A stretch of 64,000 bases of DNA from Octopus sinensis (taxonomy: Eukaryota). The position numbers and the translations under genes are program-made. This document shows, piece by piece, positions 38,100 through 50,408 of the stretch. The stretch is taken from positions 16,306,001 to 16,370,000 of the forward strand of contig NC_042997.1 in assembly GCF_006345805.1 (NCBI RefSeq). Reading direction: 5' to 3'. Positions within the stretch are counted from its first letter, which is position 1. Each line of letters opens with the position of its first letter. The notes under the pieces were generated by a model. It was not told where the DNA came from. It saw only the letters and a list, made by a program, of their open reading frames with translations, and ran no database searches.

Positions 38100-38439
38100 A
38101 ATTCGGTAATTTCTTAATTATTTTACCAATTGACTAGAAAATGAAGCAATCTTTCGTCTCTAGTAGACCTTTCCGTCGATTTCCGTTAAAAAAATTTTTT
38201 TTTTACATATGGGCTTGCGGGAACTTTTGAAGTAATGAGAGCGAAAGAGACTAAGAGAAAGCGATTGTATGACGAGGGAAGTTCTTTTGAAGTTACCGTG
38301 CATGTGAAGCATTGATGTGTGTGTTATGTAAAAAAAAAAAATTTTTTACGGAAATCGACGGAAAGGTCTACTAGAGACGAAAGATCGCCAGTTAATTCGG
38401 TAATTTCTTATTTATTTTACCAATTGACTAGAAAATGAA
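38100..38439. mobile_element. MITE-like element with ~60-bp inverted repeats inside 46-bp direct repeats
   Basis: Inverted repeats at 38146-38209 and 38325-38388. Direct repeats at 38100-38145 and 38394-38439. Confidence 0.75.
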
Positions 38440-38672
38440 AACATTATGCTTCGTGAGTGATATATCATTGAGGAAACGAATTGATCTTTTGACTAGGTTT
38501 ACAAGGCCAATTTTTATAGACGGATGACTACGTAAATTGCTTCTGAATTGTAATTTACAACAGTGAATGATGAAAGCAGTTAATTAAATGCATAAATTCC
38601 AACGCTCTTTAATTTAACGGAATAACAGAAATGCAAAAACAAATGGTATAATATAGTATAATATATACTCAC

Positions 38673-38862
38673 ATTCGCTTTTATTCCGAATGTCTACATC
38701 CCAACGAGTAATAAATTGGAAATGAAAATATACATGACCACTAGGTAATGTTTTTATAAAGAGTTCTTCGGAAAATTTGTCTTCTGCAGCAGTTACTGCA
38801 GTAATAATAAATAATAAGCAAGTAAGTGAAAGGCAGACGACATTATGTCGACAGACATCCAT
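38673..38862 (-). CDS. PIGT: PIG-T exon 1 (start codon, signal peptide)
   Basis: MDVCRHNVVCLSLTCLLFIITAVTAA-EDKFSEELFIKTLPSGHVYFHFQFITRW, T|GTGAGT donor. The ten exons sum to 1728 nt, giving 575 aa plus stop. Confidence 0.96.
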
Positions 38863-39119
38863 GTCTAAGCAACTAATCGGAACAAATACTATATATATGA
38901 TAAGGAGTGAATACGAATGCAATTTTTTTTTTTCAAAATATACTGAGCTAAAATCTGTTCCTTATACTGATAACAATTAATATTGAAAAAAATTATCTTT
39001 ATTTTATATATGTGAAAAAAGGCGTTTTAATAACAAATTATAATTTTAAACACACACATATGTGTGTGTGTGTGTACCGGCCAGTTTTATTACACTGGTA
39101 CAGAAATTACGATATATAT

Positions 39120-39249
39120 ATAAATTGGAAATGAAAATATACATGACCACTAGGTAATGTTTTTATAAAGAGTTCTTCGAAAAATTTGTCTTCTGCAGCA
39201 GTTACTGCAGTAATAATAAATAATAAGCAAGTAAGTGAAAGGCAGACGA
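39120..39249 (-). repeat. 130-bp direct duplicate of PIGT exon 1 interior
   Basis: Matches 38711-38840 with one substitution. Confidence 0.95.
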
Positions 39250-40239
39250 TACAGAGAGAGAGAGAGAACGGGAGGAAAGATGATTGTTCAGCAGCAAATA
39301 ATGAGAGAAGGAGGTAGGGACGACAAATAATTGGCGGTCCGATTCATTTTAGTAATATTTAATCAAATTTAAGATAATTTGCAGATTATATGAATTGTTA
39401 GGGATTAGGGTTAATGTTGACATTACCCGGAAACGAAATCGAAAAAAAAAAAAATAGCGCAACGGGTGTAGGAAACGAATATGAAAACAAAAATTCCGGG
39501 GAAAGCGGCGGGGGTGGAGAGGTCTTCGGAAAATTCACGAATTTCGATGTTTTTCCCTCATAACTTTTAGGAGAATGTTTCTTTTTTTTTATGAAATTTT
39601 ATATAAATACCTTTCAAACGGTATAGATTACGATTATAAAGAAATTTGTGGAGAAAATCTTTTCCTTGTGGGGGGGGGGGGAGACTTCGGAAAATTCACA
39701 AGATCCGATGTTTTTCCCTTGTAACTTTGAGGAAAATGGATATCTTTCTACTTCACACTCACGTAGGAAACGAATCTGAAAACAAAAATGCGCAGAAAGA
39801 ATCGAGGAGGGGGTAGAGGACTTCGGAAAATTCACAAGATCCCGAGTTTTTCCCTCGTGACTTTGACGAAAATATAATCCTTTTGAAATCACAAATTAGG
39901 TTTTTCCTCAGGAACTTAGATGTTAAACATCCCTTTGAAGGTTTCGGGTCCTTACTTCTACTCTGTGTGTGTGTGTGTGTGTATACATATATATACACAC
40001 AAAACCTTTCCATATCCTTACCAGACCAGAGCTTTTTCAGAGCTTGAATGTGAAGAGGGAGACGATTTCTGGTCAGCCACAATGATTGTTTTTGAAAAAA
40101 TTCTGGTCTGGTACGAATGTGGATAGGTTTAGCAGCATGATGACAGTCCAAAGGATTGAGATACCAGACACTTTGCTATACTAGAGAAGACCCATCCTCC
40201 ATGCCAGAAGTGTTAAGACCATGTCCCCTGCTGAAGAGG

Positions 40240-40470
40240 ATTGGCCTGCAAGAGTCCTGTGCTGGTGCCATGTAAAGGCAATTGTGCCAGTGACACATTG
40301 AAAGCACCCAGCACACACTGTAAAGTGGTTGGCATTGGGAAGGGCATCCAGCCATAGAAACCAAGCCAAATCAGACTAGAACCTGCTGCAGCTCTCTGGC
40401 TTGCCAGCTCTGGTCAAACCATCCAACCCATGCCAGCATGGAAAATGGACATTAAATGATGATGATGATA
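40240..40470 (+). mobile_element. Family R element
   Basis: GAAGGGCATCCAGCC...(GAT)n. Another copy at about 41680-41930. Confidence 0.8.
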
Positions 40471-40490
40471 ATAATAATGAAACTAGTAGT

Positions 40491-40555
<65 letters not shown>

Positions 40556-41059
40556 AAATGTCCAGGGGCATCCTTAGAAATAGCTGATAGCTTCCATTAC
40601 CTAGGTGGCCAAGTCAGAAGTGGAGGAGGATGCTCTGAGAGCATAGTTGCTAGAACAAGAATGCAACCCCCACCACCACTACCACCCTCCCTCACCCACT
40701 TCAGGCTTCTCTTTCATGTTCTTACCTGCACATTTTCCATGCCCTCAGCTATATTCCCTACCCCTTCAAGCCTCTCCAGTTTCCCTCACCATCACTTGCT
40801 ATAGTCACATCTTCCCCATCCCTAAACATATCCCCTCACATTCTCATGGAACCACCCTATACCTTTTATACTCCCCCCCCTCGCTGTTCCCTGTGGGTAG
40901 AGTCCAATACATCTCCAACACCTCTCTCTCATATAAACATGCACACTCTGACTGTCTCTCTATCTTTCTCCCTAACTCTCTCTCACCTTCCTTTTCCTTC
41001 CTTGTTCTACTGGAGTAACCAAATATCTCCTCTATATACATTATTTACCATATGCCCGT

Positions 41060-41270
41060 GGGCCTAAGGCATAATGGTTAAGAGTGCAGGCTACTAACCC
41101 CAAAAATACCTTAGGAATGAGAACCCAGGTTTGAAATTTCCCCAAGACACCTGATGAAGGCTGGAGGGTATATCAGCCGAAATGTTGTGTTAACAACAAA
41201 CAAGATGAGGATAAATATCCATCAAATGTAAATAATGTACATAATTCCTCATCTCTTAAATATAGAACTG
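41060..41270 (+). mobile_element. Repeat with tRNA-like head and hammerhead motif (41146-41191)
   Basis: GGCATAATGGTTAAGAGTGCAGGCTACTAACC head, then GACAC-CTGATGA-A-GGCTG(10)CAGCC-GAAA-TG-TT-GTGTT. Confidence 0.7.
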
Positions 41271-41282
41271 TATCTCTATAGT

Positions 41283-41575
41283 AGTGGAGGCACATGGCCC
41301 AGTGGTTAGAGCAGCAGACTCGCGGTCAAGGGATTGCAGGTTCAAATCTCAGACTGGGCGATATGTGTGTTTATGAGCAAAATACCTAAGCTCCACACGG
41401 CTCCGGGAGAAGGTAATGGTAACCTTCTGCTGACTCTTTCGCTACAACTTTCTCTCACTCTTTCCTCCTGCATCTTGCAGCTCACCTGCGACAAACCAGC
41501 ATCCCGTCTATGTAGGGAACCTATACACCAAGGAAACCAGCCCTATGAGCCAGGCATGGCTCTGTAGGAACAAAC
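41283..41575 (+). mobile_element. SINE family T with an alternative 3' half
   Basis: Same head as 12440. Diverges after CTCTTTCCTCCTG. Confidence 0.8.
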
Positions 41576-41927
41576 ATCTCTATAGTGAGACAACTATCTC
41601 TGTCCTATCATACTCAAACCTCTCATCTGGCACACAGCCACTTCCCACAATTTTACTCTCTCTCTCAACTAAGAGGTCTTTGTCTTACAAGTTACTTAAT
41701 GACCCTGCTGGTGTCACTTAAAACGCACCCGTGTTGGTGCCACAAAAAAAGCACCTAGTACATTCTGTAAATTGGTTGGCATTACATAGGGGCATCCAGC
41801 CATAGAAACCAGAACAGACAACAGGATTCTGGTGCAGCTCTCCTGCCTGCCAGCTCTAGTCAAACCATCTAACCCATGCCAGCATGGGAAATGGACGTTA
41901 AGTGGTGGTGGTGGTGGTGGTGGTGAT

Positions 41928-41960
<33 letters not shown>

Positions 41961-44416
41961 ACTGAAAAGTATTGCTATCAGTCACACCAGGAACTTTTTA
42001 CTATTCTCCAATCAAGCACTACCAGAAATTATTACCATTATAAATGTAAATGAACAACATAAGGTGTTGTTGTAAAAGTTAAAAAGAAGAAGCAATAGAA
42101 TTAACAAGCAAACGTCATTTTCCTAAGAAATGATCCAAAATAAACCAGCAGCATTGAACAATAACATTTTGTGCTAGATGTCAGACATGCATCACTGAAA
42201 TTTCTTGCCATACCCTGTCAAGAGAAAATATGAAAATAAATAGAAAGAGAAGAAGTAAGGAAATATTAAATCAAAATAAGTAGGAAATTCTTCTTTCATT
42301 TATGTATGTATTTACTTTTATTCTATTTAATGGTGTCAGAAACTGGTAGACTACATGATGAAATGAAAAGAAACATAGTAATATAAAGATGCTGCATAGG
42401 AAATTTTATTTCTAATATTCATGATATTACATTATATGGTTAGTGAGCCAGCTGAGAGAGGAGAGAGCACTAGACAAAATGTATTTGAGTACTTTAATCG
42501 TGTCTCTGTATGTTTTGATTCAAAACTCTTTGGGGGTGACTATTCTCATCATATTTTCTAGTTTGATAAAGTAAGCAGCAGTATAATATACTGAGATTAA
42601 TTCACAACAACTATACTTCTTCCCTTTTAAGAATTTATCTTGTGTCTTGTCAGGTTCAATCCTCATTTTTATTGTTATTGATAATCATTACTGTGCTGGA
42701 CATTCCAGTGTCATGATCTAGGTTCAAATGTCACCAAGGTCAACTCTGCATTTCATCCTGAGGTTAATAAATTAAGTACTAGGTGAGAATTGGCTTGATG
42801 TTAACAATTAGCCCCTACCCATTAAATTTCAGGCCTCATGCCTATAATAGAAAGAATTATAATTATTAACTGTTTCTAACATAGACACAAGGCCACAAAT
42901 TTGGGTGGGAGGGGTTAGTCACTGAAATAGACCACAGTATTTGAAACTAAAAGGGTGAGAACTAAAAGTGACTTTGTGGAGATTTGAACTCAGACCATAA
43001 AGAGGTAGAACAAATTCTGTACAACATTTTATCCAACACTTTAATGATTTTTTCCAATGCACTGCTCTTGTTATTATTGAAAATAAAAAATATTTATTGC
43101 ACCACATCTGTGTTTATATATCTGGGTAATGTATATAAAAATAAATACAATATAGACAAACAATAAAATTATTTTTCTGATTTGCCAATACACAAACATA
43201 AATACCAACAAACATATGTTATTGACTGAATAAAACAATAAATAGCTGATTTGGCAGGTAAGCAAGTTATCCATTACACAGAAAATGTCTTTCAAAAAAA
43301 TTCACCTTGTCCTCACTTCTCAATCTCTATAAACAGGCAACACTTCCATGCAATCTAGGCAATGCCAGACTAGTTCTATGAATAGAGACTTTGAAGACGT
43401 TCCAGTAGAGAGACATGATCATTTAGTCTGCTTTAACTGCAGATAAATATAGTCATCACAAATACCAAAGAAATAATCTTGCAATACTAAAGTCCATTCA
43501 TTGACGAACATGCATGAATACATGGATTATTGCTCACCCCTAGGAACAGTGTCATCTGACTGACCAGCATAAATCACTCAAAGAACCAATTCAGCTTCTT
43601 GCCCATAAACACACTGTCTTCTCTTTGCCTTTTCTCATGATACTATAGCAGTCTTTCTTCCTGATTAGACTTATGCCATCTTCACTCAAACTCCCAGCCC
43701 ACATGAGACACCCAATCCCTCTAGGCCCTACAGTGGTCAATATGCCGTATCTTTCATTCTCAGAATATTGACCTTCTGAAATTCCCTTCAGCGCTGATGT
43801 CTTTTCCACAAGTGTTGATAGCAAATGTTTAGGAGGAACATGTATGGTGTCAGTGTTACTGGTCTTTGAGGCCCTGTGAAGGCCATGGATACCAGCCTCT
43901 TCTTCCAGGCTCAACAAGTAAAAAGAAGAAAAAAACCCAGCTAAACCCTTAAACTTACTTCAAATGCTAATCCGCATCATCGGATGATACCAACCCAATG
44001 AGGATATTTCTACATGGTCACTCAATCGGCTAGAAATAGCAACTAAATCTACCTCAATTCACACCCTACTATATTTAAAAAACACTAAATCCATACCTAG
44101 CTGAACTACTTTTCTTGCTACCGTCCCATCTTCTAAACCCTACACAAAACACTTTCTCAATTCTTATTAGCAGAAAGGCAATTCTCTGAACCCAACTCTG
44201 ATTAAATGTCTCCTAACAGTGTTCCTCATAAGGCTGGTCGGGGGATGGCAATATTTAAAGGAAACAGATAAATTGCTGTGCTTAATGAAATAAAGATGGT
44301 TTTAAACTTTTGAATCTTATTCAAAACTATATCGAAAAAATAAGAGTTGTATTGATCCAAACTTTAATTCATAATTTGTAGGGGATACCTTCAATTTTTG
44401 TTATATTTTGTCTGTT

Positions 44417-44540
44417 TCAAAACCGCTGGTCCAGTGGAAACGACTTACTCGTTATCCCACCGAACGGTGCAAGGGACATAACTTTTAAGAGCAAATTTTG
44501 TTTATCACAGACTATCTGGGAAAGCCTGGGAAATACTGTT
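44417..44540 (-). CDS. Possible terminal exon of gene B
   Basis: Phase 2 fits the donor at 47043 and gives KTVFPRLSQIVCDKQNLLLKVMSLAPFGGITSKSFPLDQRF*. The acceptor is weak, and gene B may instead stop at 47039. Confidence 0.3.
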
Positions 44541-44792
44541 CTGCAATGTTTACAATACTTTCAGTTACCTCCACTAGCAATTGGAGTAAAGTATTTAGTT
44601 GCTAATTAATCTAACGACAAAAAGGACTGGCTATGTTGTCGCTAGAAACAGCAACCGAAATTTCCTCCTCCTAACACAACCTTAAAAAAGGAAAGAATGT
44701 ATTTTATTAATGCCTTCATAGACACACTATGACTCCTATCCCTAACACACATCACTAACAGAAGATAAGATGATCATGTTTGGAATGACTTA

Positions 44793-44977
44793 TCTTTTAC
44801 TTGTTTCAGTCATTTGACTGTGGCCATGCTGGGGCATCGCTTTGAAGGGTTTTAGTCGAACAAATCGACTCCAGGACTTGTATTTTTTAATGCCCGGTAC
44901 TTATTTTATCGATCTCTTTTTGCGGAGACGTAAACACACCAACACAAGTTGTAAAGCGGTGGCGTGGGACAGACACA

Positions 44978-45060
<83 letters not shown>

Positions 45061-45331
45061 ACCGACCAGACCATCAGATGTTGCTACACATCGCTGGTCA
45101 CAATGCGTTCGCATTGTTTTAGCCTTCGAATGAAGCTACCCCGCTGGCTAAGCGACCAGGCCGACAGAAGAAAGAGTGAGAGTACAGCAGGGATCACCAC
45201 CCCCTGCCGGAGCCTCGTGGAGCTTTAAGGTGTTTTCGCTCAATAAACACACACAACGCCCGGTCTGGGAATCGAAACCGCAATCCTACGACCGCGAGTT
45301 CGCTGCCCTAACCACTAGGCCATTGCGCCTC

Positions 45332-45371
<40 letters not shown>

Positions 45372-45560
45372 GAGAGATATACACACACACACATATAATG
45401 ACGAGCTTCTTTCAGTTTCCGTCTACCAACTCCACTCACAAGGCTTTAGTCAGCCCGAGACTATAGTAGAATTCGCTTGCCCAAGGTGCCCACGCAGTAG
45501 AACTGAACCCGGAACTATATGATTGGGAAAGCAAGCGTCTTACCATACAGACACACTTGT
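44793..45560 (-). mobile_element. SINE family C with a family T-headed SINE (45053-45333) inserted in its internal microsatellite
   Basis: Family C halves at 44793-44980 and 45398-45560 flank (TA)n, the inserted SINE and (CA)n. Confidence 0.8.
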
Positions 45561-45934
45561 ACCTAGACTGATCACAAGTATTGGTCTGCTCAATCCGACC
45601 TGACCTGAGAGATATATAATAACAACTAGAATTTGATAAACATTCAAATAAATAAGGTAAATACATTGACATCTTCAGAGAAACAACGCAACAATTATTC
45701 TTCAAACAATCATTTCGATTCTACATTAGATTTCGTAATTTTTTTTTTTTTTTTTTTTTTTTTCAAATGATGAGAAATTGAGGAGAGATTAAAATGACAT
45801 TGCTAGATTAATATGGGAGAACGAAACTTATACAGGTACAACATCGACATTCCGGACACTGATGGTCCGGAACCTCTTATAATCCGCATTCATTTACGAA
45901 CAGAAACTTCAAATTCCTGCAGCCGCCAGACTAT

Positions 45935-46263
45935 ATAATAATAATGAAATTATTGTATACAGTGCTCAGGTGCACCACAACTTGTCAGAAAGTGCATATA
46001 AAGCATATGCAGTAATGTAGAAATGTCTGGAAAGCGAACAATGTATGAGTCAGATACATGCTTGTGTGTGCATGGAGGGGAGAAAATCAAGTGTAGTGTT
46101 GGCGAATCTCAGGAAGCATGGAAGTTTTGAAGGATGCAGTGCTCCGACAACTAACAACTGATGCCGGCAGTTTGTTCCATGCTTCACCAACTCTCAGCGT
46201 GAAAAAATGTTTCCTGAAGTCATGGGAGCTGTGCTGTTTTCTTACTTTGTAAATATGTCCACG
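45935..46263 (-). mobile_element. CR1/L2-group LINE 3' end
   Basis: Translates RKHFFTLRVGEAWNKLPASVVSCRSTASFK, a typical CR1 ORF2 C-terminus. (ATT)n tail. Confidence 0.8.
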
Positions 46264-46560
46264 GTTACACAGTACAGTATAAATAAATTCGTATTATTTA
46301 TATTGGTTACAAATTTTGACATATGGCCAGCACTTTTGAGGAAGAGTGTAAGTCGATTACAACGACTCCAGTACTTAACTGGAACTTATTTTATCGACCC
46401 CACCCCCGAAAGGAAAAAAAGACGAAATCGACTTCGGCAGCATTTGAGCTCAGAACGCAAAGACGGACGAAACGCCGCTAAGCATTTTACCCAGTTGACG
46501 ATTTTGTCAGCTTGTCGACTTAAAGTTGAAATCATTTATATTAATGTACAGACACCTATA

Positions 46561-46984
46561 CTCTTTTACTTGTTTCAGTCATTTGACTGCGGCCATGCTG
46601 GAGCATCGCCTTTCGTCGATCAAATCGACCCCGGGACTTATTCTTTTTGTAAGCCCAGTACTTATTCTATCGGTCTCTTTTTGCCGAACCGCTAAGTGAC
46701 GGGGACGTAAATACACCAGCATCGGTTGTCAAGCAATGCTAGGGGGACAAACACAGACACACAAACATATACACACACACATACATATATATATATATGT
46801 TGTATATATATACATATATACAACAGGCTTCTTTCAGTTTCCGTCTACCAAATCCACTCACAAGGCATTGGTCGGCCCGGGGCTATAGCAGAAGACATTT
46901 GCCCAAGATGCCACGCAGTGGGACTGAACCCGCAACCATGTGGTTGGTTAGCAAGCTACTTGCCACGCAGCCACTCCTGCGCCT
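46561..46984 (-). mobile_element. SINE family C, full length
   Basis: Reverse complement of 37176-37545 with a longer 3' part. Confidence 0.9.
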
Positions 46985-47042
46985 ATAATTCACTTAATTA
47001 TTTAAATGAATTTAGTATTTGTATAATTTAGAATTTGTTTAC

Positions 47043-47160
47043 TTAGGTGACCATCTAAGTTCGGAAACATCAGTAATGCGGAAAGGCCTTGGAACCAATG
47101 GATCCAGAAAATCGATATTGCACCTGTAACAGGCCTCCAAGAAATGCCATATCGCAAACT
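47043..47160 (-). CDS. Gene B exon (or last exon ending at TAA 47039)
   Basis: TTTCATTTACTTGCAG acceptor, phase 1, EFAIWHFLEACYRCNIDFLDPLVPRPFRITDVSELRWSP. Confidence 0.55.
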
Positions 47161-47319
47161 CTGCAAGTAAATGAAAACTGGCCGACTCGAAAAAATGTGC
47201 TCAGAAAAATGTTAGGGTCTATCCTTTTCTTCTCGCCCATTTTATTTTTTTCTCTCCTTTTACTTTTGTAAACTAAATAACGGTTCATTTGTACTGAGAA
47301 CAATACGTTTGAAACATTT

Positions 47320-47645
47320 CATCATTATCATCGTCGTCGTCGTTTAACGCCCGCTTTCCATGTTGGCATGGGTTGGACGGTTTGACTGAGAGCTAGCAAG
47401 TCAGAAAGCTGCACTTGGCTCCAATCCGATCTGGCAAAGTTTCTACAGTTGGATGCCCTTCCTAACGCCAACCACTCCGAGAGTAATGGGTGCTTTTTAC
47501 GTGCCACCGACACGAGGGCCAGTCAGGCGGTACTGGCATCGACTACGCTTGAATGGTGCTTTTTACGTGCCACCGGCACAAGGGCCAGTCAGGCGGTACT
47601 GGCATCGACCACGCTTGAATGGTGCTTTTTACGTGCCACCGGCAT
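47320..47645 (-). mobile_element. Family R element with 66-bp internal tandem repeat
   Basis: GGTGCTTTTTACGTGCCACCG at 47489, 47555 and 47621. Confidence 0.85.
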
Positions 47646-47919
47646 GGATATACAATTTGAAATGGGATTAAAATTTAAAACGTATGAATTTCTAAACATT
47701 GTAGATAGTTGAGACGATTGATGCTTCTCGCTTGCAATTTTACCTTCATATCCTGGTATAAAAAAAAAACAAATAAGAAAAAGATATTTTAAAAGAAAGT
47801 TCGTTTATAGCATTGGAATGAAATTAAAGACGTTAACAGGTGTTGTTGCCAAGGAATGTGGCTTAAATAAATCTGCAACTGAACGAGAATTGAAGTCACA
47901 GGCCAAAATATAACTTTAC

Positions 47920-48027
47920 CTGGAAAGACGAACGCACAGGTGTAAAATGTCACATTTTCTTTAAATTCCATAAGTAGTGGTGAAAGTAAACGAATATTTA
48001 AGTCGTTTTCTGACGGACAGTGCATGA
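47920..48027 (-). CDS. Gene B exon
   Basis: ATTTTATTTTCAACTCAG acceptor, CAG|GTAAAG donor, 108 nt phase 1-1, MHCPSENDLNIRLLSPLLMEFKENVTFYTCAFVFP. Confidence 0.6.
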
Positions 48028-48287
48028 CTGAGTTGAAAATAAAATTAACATCACAAAAGTAAATAGACACCTATCGTTATACCCTTTTTTTTTTTTATCT
48101 CTGCGAACATTAATCTTCCGTACGATACCCAAATGGGTTAAACCATTAAAAACTGCTCAAGGTATGTCCACTAAATACTAGATTAAGTATTTAAATACAT
48201 CATTATTTTGTTTCTAGAAACAGATCTTCGAAAAATTATGATGTCTATTTATTTTGAGATGTATGTATGTATGTATGTATGTATGTA

Positions 48288-48336
<49 letters not shown>

Positions 48337-48398
48337 TGTGGATGGATGGATGGATGGATGGATGGATGGATATAAATCTACGTTAAGGGTACGCATGT

Positions 48399-48749
48399 CT
48401 ATGGTTCCGGGTTCCGGGTTCACTGCGTGGGACCTTGGGTAAGTGTCTTCTACTATAGCCTCGGGCCGACCAAAGCCTTGTGAGTGGATTTGGTAGACGG
48501 AAACTGAAAAAAGCCCGTATATAAGTATGTGTGTGTTTGGGTATCTATGTTTGTCACCCCCCACCAACATCGCTTGACATCGATGCTGGTGTGTTTACGT
48601 CCCCGTAACTTAGCGGTTTAGCAAAACACACCGATAGAATAAGTACTAGGCTTGCAAAGAATAAGTCCTGGGGTCGATTTGTTCGACTAAAGGCGGTGCT
48701 CCAGCATGGCCACAGTCAAATGACTGAAACAAGTAAAAGAGTAAAAGAG
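48399..48749 (+). mobile_element. SINE family C
   Basis: Colinear with 37176-37545. Confidence 0.85.
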
Positions 48750-48765
48750 TATATGTGTAAGTGTA

Positions 48766-49001
48766 AAAGGCGGCGAGCTGGCAGAATCGTTTGCACGCCG
48801 GGCGAAATGCTTTGCGGTATTTCGTCTGCCGTTACGTTCTGAGTTCAAATTCCGCCGAGGTCGACTTTGCCTTTCATCCTTTCGGGGTCGATAAATTAAA
48901 GTACCAGTTACGCACTGGGGTCGATGTAATCGACTTAATACCTATGTCTGTCCTTGTTTGTCCCCTCTATGTTTAGCCCCTTGTGGGTAATAAAGAAATA
49001 G
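48766..49001 (+). mobile_element. SINE family M with LINE-type tail
   Basis: Near-identical to 466-696. 17-bp TSD GTATATGTGTAAGTGTA. Confidence 0.9.
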
Positions 49002-49127
49002 GTATATGTGTAAGTGTATATGTGCGCCTGTTTGAAGTCATTGTAGCAGACTGCATAAGCATTGCCGTCATGATGTTTACAAAAGCAGCAACATCCTAAA
49101 TTAGGGTTCAAGGATTTACAGTTGATT

Positions 49128-49425
49128 TCTAGACAATTGCGTCTGGGGAGCTAAGTAAACATCAGGTGTAGACAATGATGTTTAGGGAGTTTGGTAAACA
49201 TCAGTCGTAGACAGTGGTGATTAGCGAGCTAGATAAACATGAATTCTAGATAATGATGTTTAGAGAGTTAGGTAAGCATAAATTCTAGACAATGGCGTTT
49301 AGGGAGTTAGGTGAAAAATCATTCTAAATAATGGTATATAGGGAGCTAGATAAGCAACAATTCTAGACAATAACGTCTAGGGAGCTAAGCAAACAATCAT
49401 TGTAGACAGTAGCATTTAGGGAGCA
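49128..49425. repeat. Degenerate 39-bp minisatellite, about 8 units
   Basis: TCTAGACAAT..GTTTAGGGAGCTAG.TAAACA recurs every 39 nt. Confidence 0.85.
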
Positions 49426-49770
49426 ACTCAAATATTACACTGAATAGGGTTTAGTATTAATGTCAATGAAGATATGCATCAGTTCCTTGCGGAACGCCAT
49501 TCAAGCAGGATGCACGTTGTCAAAAATGTTTGAAATAATTAAACAAATAATATAACTCGATCATTGGGAACAAGTAATATAATCACAACACAGTTTTATA
49601 TTATGGTATTACATTACGAGAAAAAGATCACAACATTCGCTTCATCTTTGCTGTGCGTTAGGTTAATGTTTTCTACTTACTGTACCATAAACTCAGGATT
49701 TGGTAGATGGAAATTATAGGGTAGCATGTCACACACATCACCCCCCTCTCTCTTTCTGTCGTTATATATA

Positions 49771-49852
<82 letters not shown>

Positions 49853-49854
<2 letters not shown>

Positions 49855-50408
49855 CTTTACCTTTTGACTAACAGAATTTTTTAATGATTTTTTGTAACTA
49901 AAACACTTTCAAACTTCGTATACTTGTAGAATGTGTCACGTAAAACATCTTTAACTCTTGGCGTTGTTGAGAAAATTCTGTATTTTGGAAGTTATTTCTT
50001 CTTAAAGTTGTCGTATATCGGTAATTTCAACCGATCAATGACGTGTATTCAGTTGAATAAAATTACTGCCGTTGTTTGTCAACAACAACTATCGGCGGTG
50101 TATATTTAGTTTGTCACTGTTCTTTATGATATCGTTCATGCGTTTGTACTGGTTTTAGCTTTAAGGTTTTAGGGTTAGGGTTAGGGCGTTGGGGTTAGGG
50201 TTAAGGTTTTAGGGTTATGGTTAAGGTTTTAGAGTTAGGGTTAGGGTTGGGGTTTTAGGGTTTGAGTTACGGAAAAAAATGAAAAATGAAGCACGAACGA
50301 TTATGGTAAAAGATGTTTTATGTAACACATTCAACTAGTATACGAAGTTTGAAAGTGTTTAGTTACAAAAAATTAGTTTTTAAATCTGTCAGTCAAAAGG
50401 TAAAGATC
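49853..50408. mobile_element. MITE with ~100-bp TIRs and internal telomere-like repeats
   Basis: TCTTTACCTTTTGACT...AGTCAAAAGGTAAAGA. TTAGGG and TTTTAGGG variants at 50153-50268. Confidence 0.85.

Noticed and set aside
38863-38922. Longer PIGT N-terminus given by the ORF track
   Set aside because: It starts at a non-ATG codon. The ATG at 38862 gives a normal signal peptide.
50153-50268. Chromosome end or fusion scar
   Set aside because: Short degenerate array enclosed within MITE TIRs.
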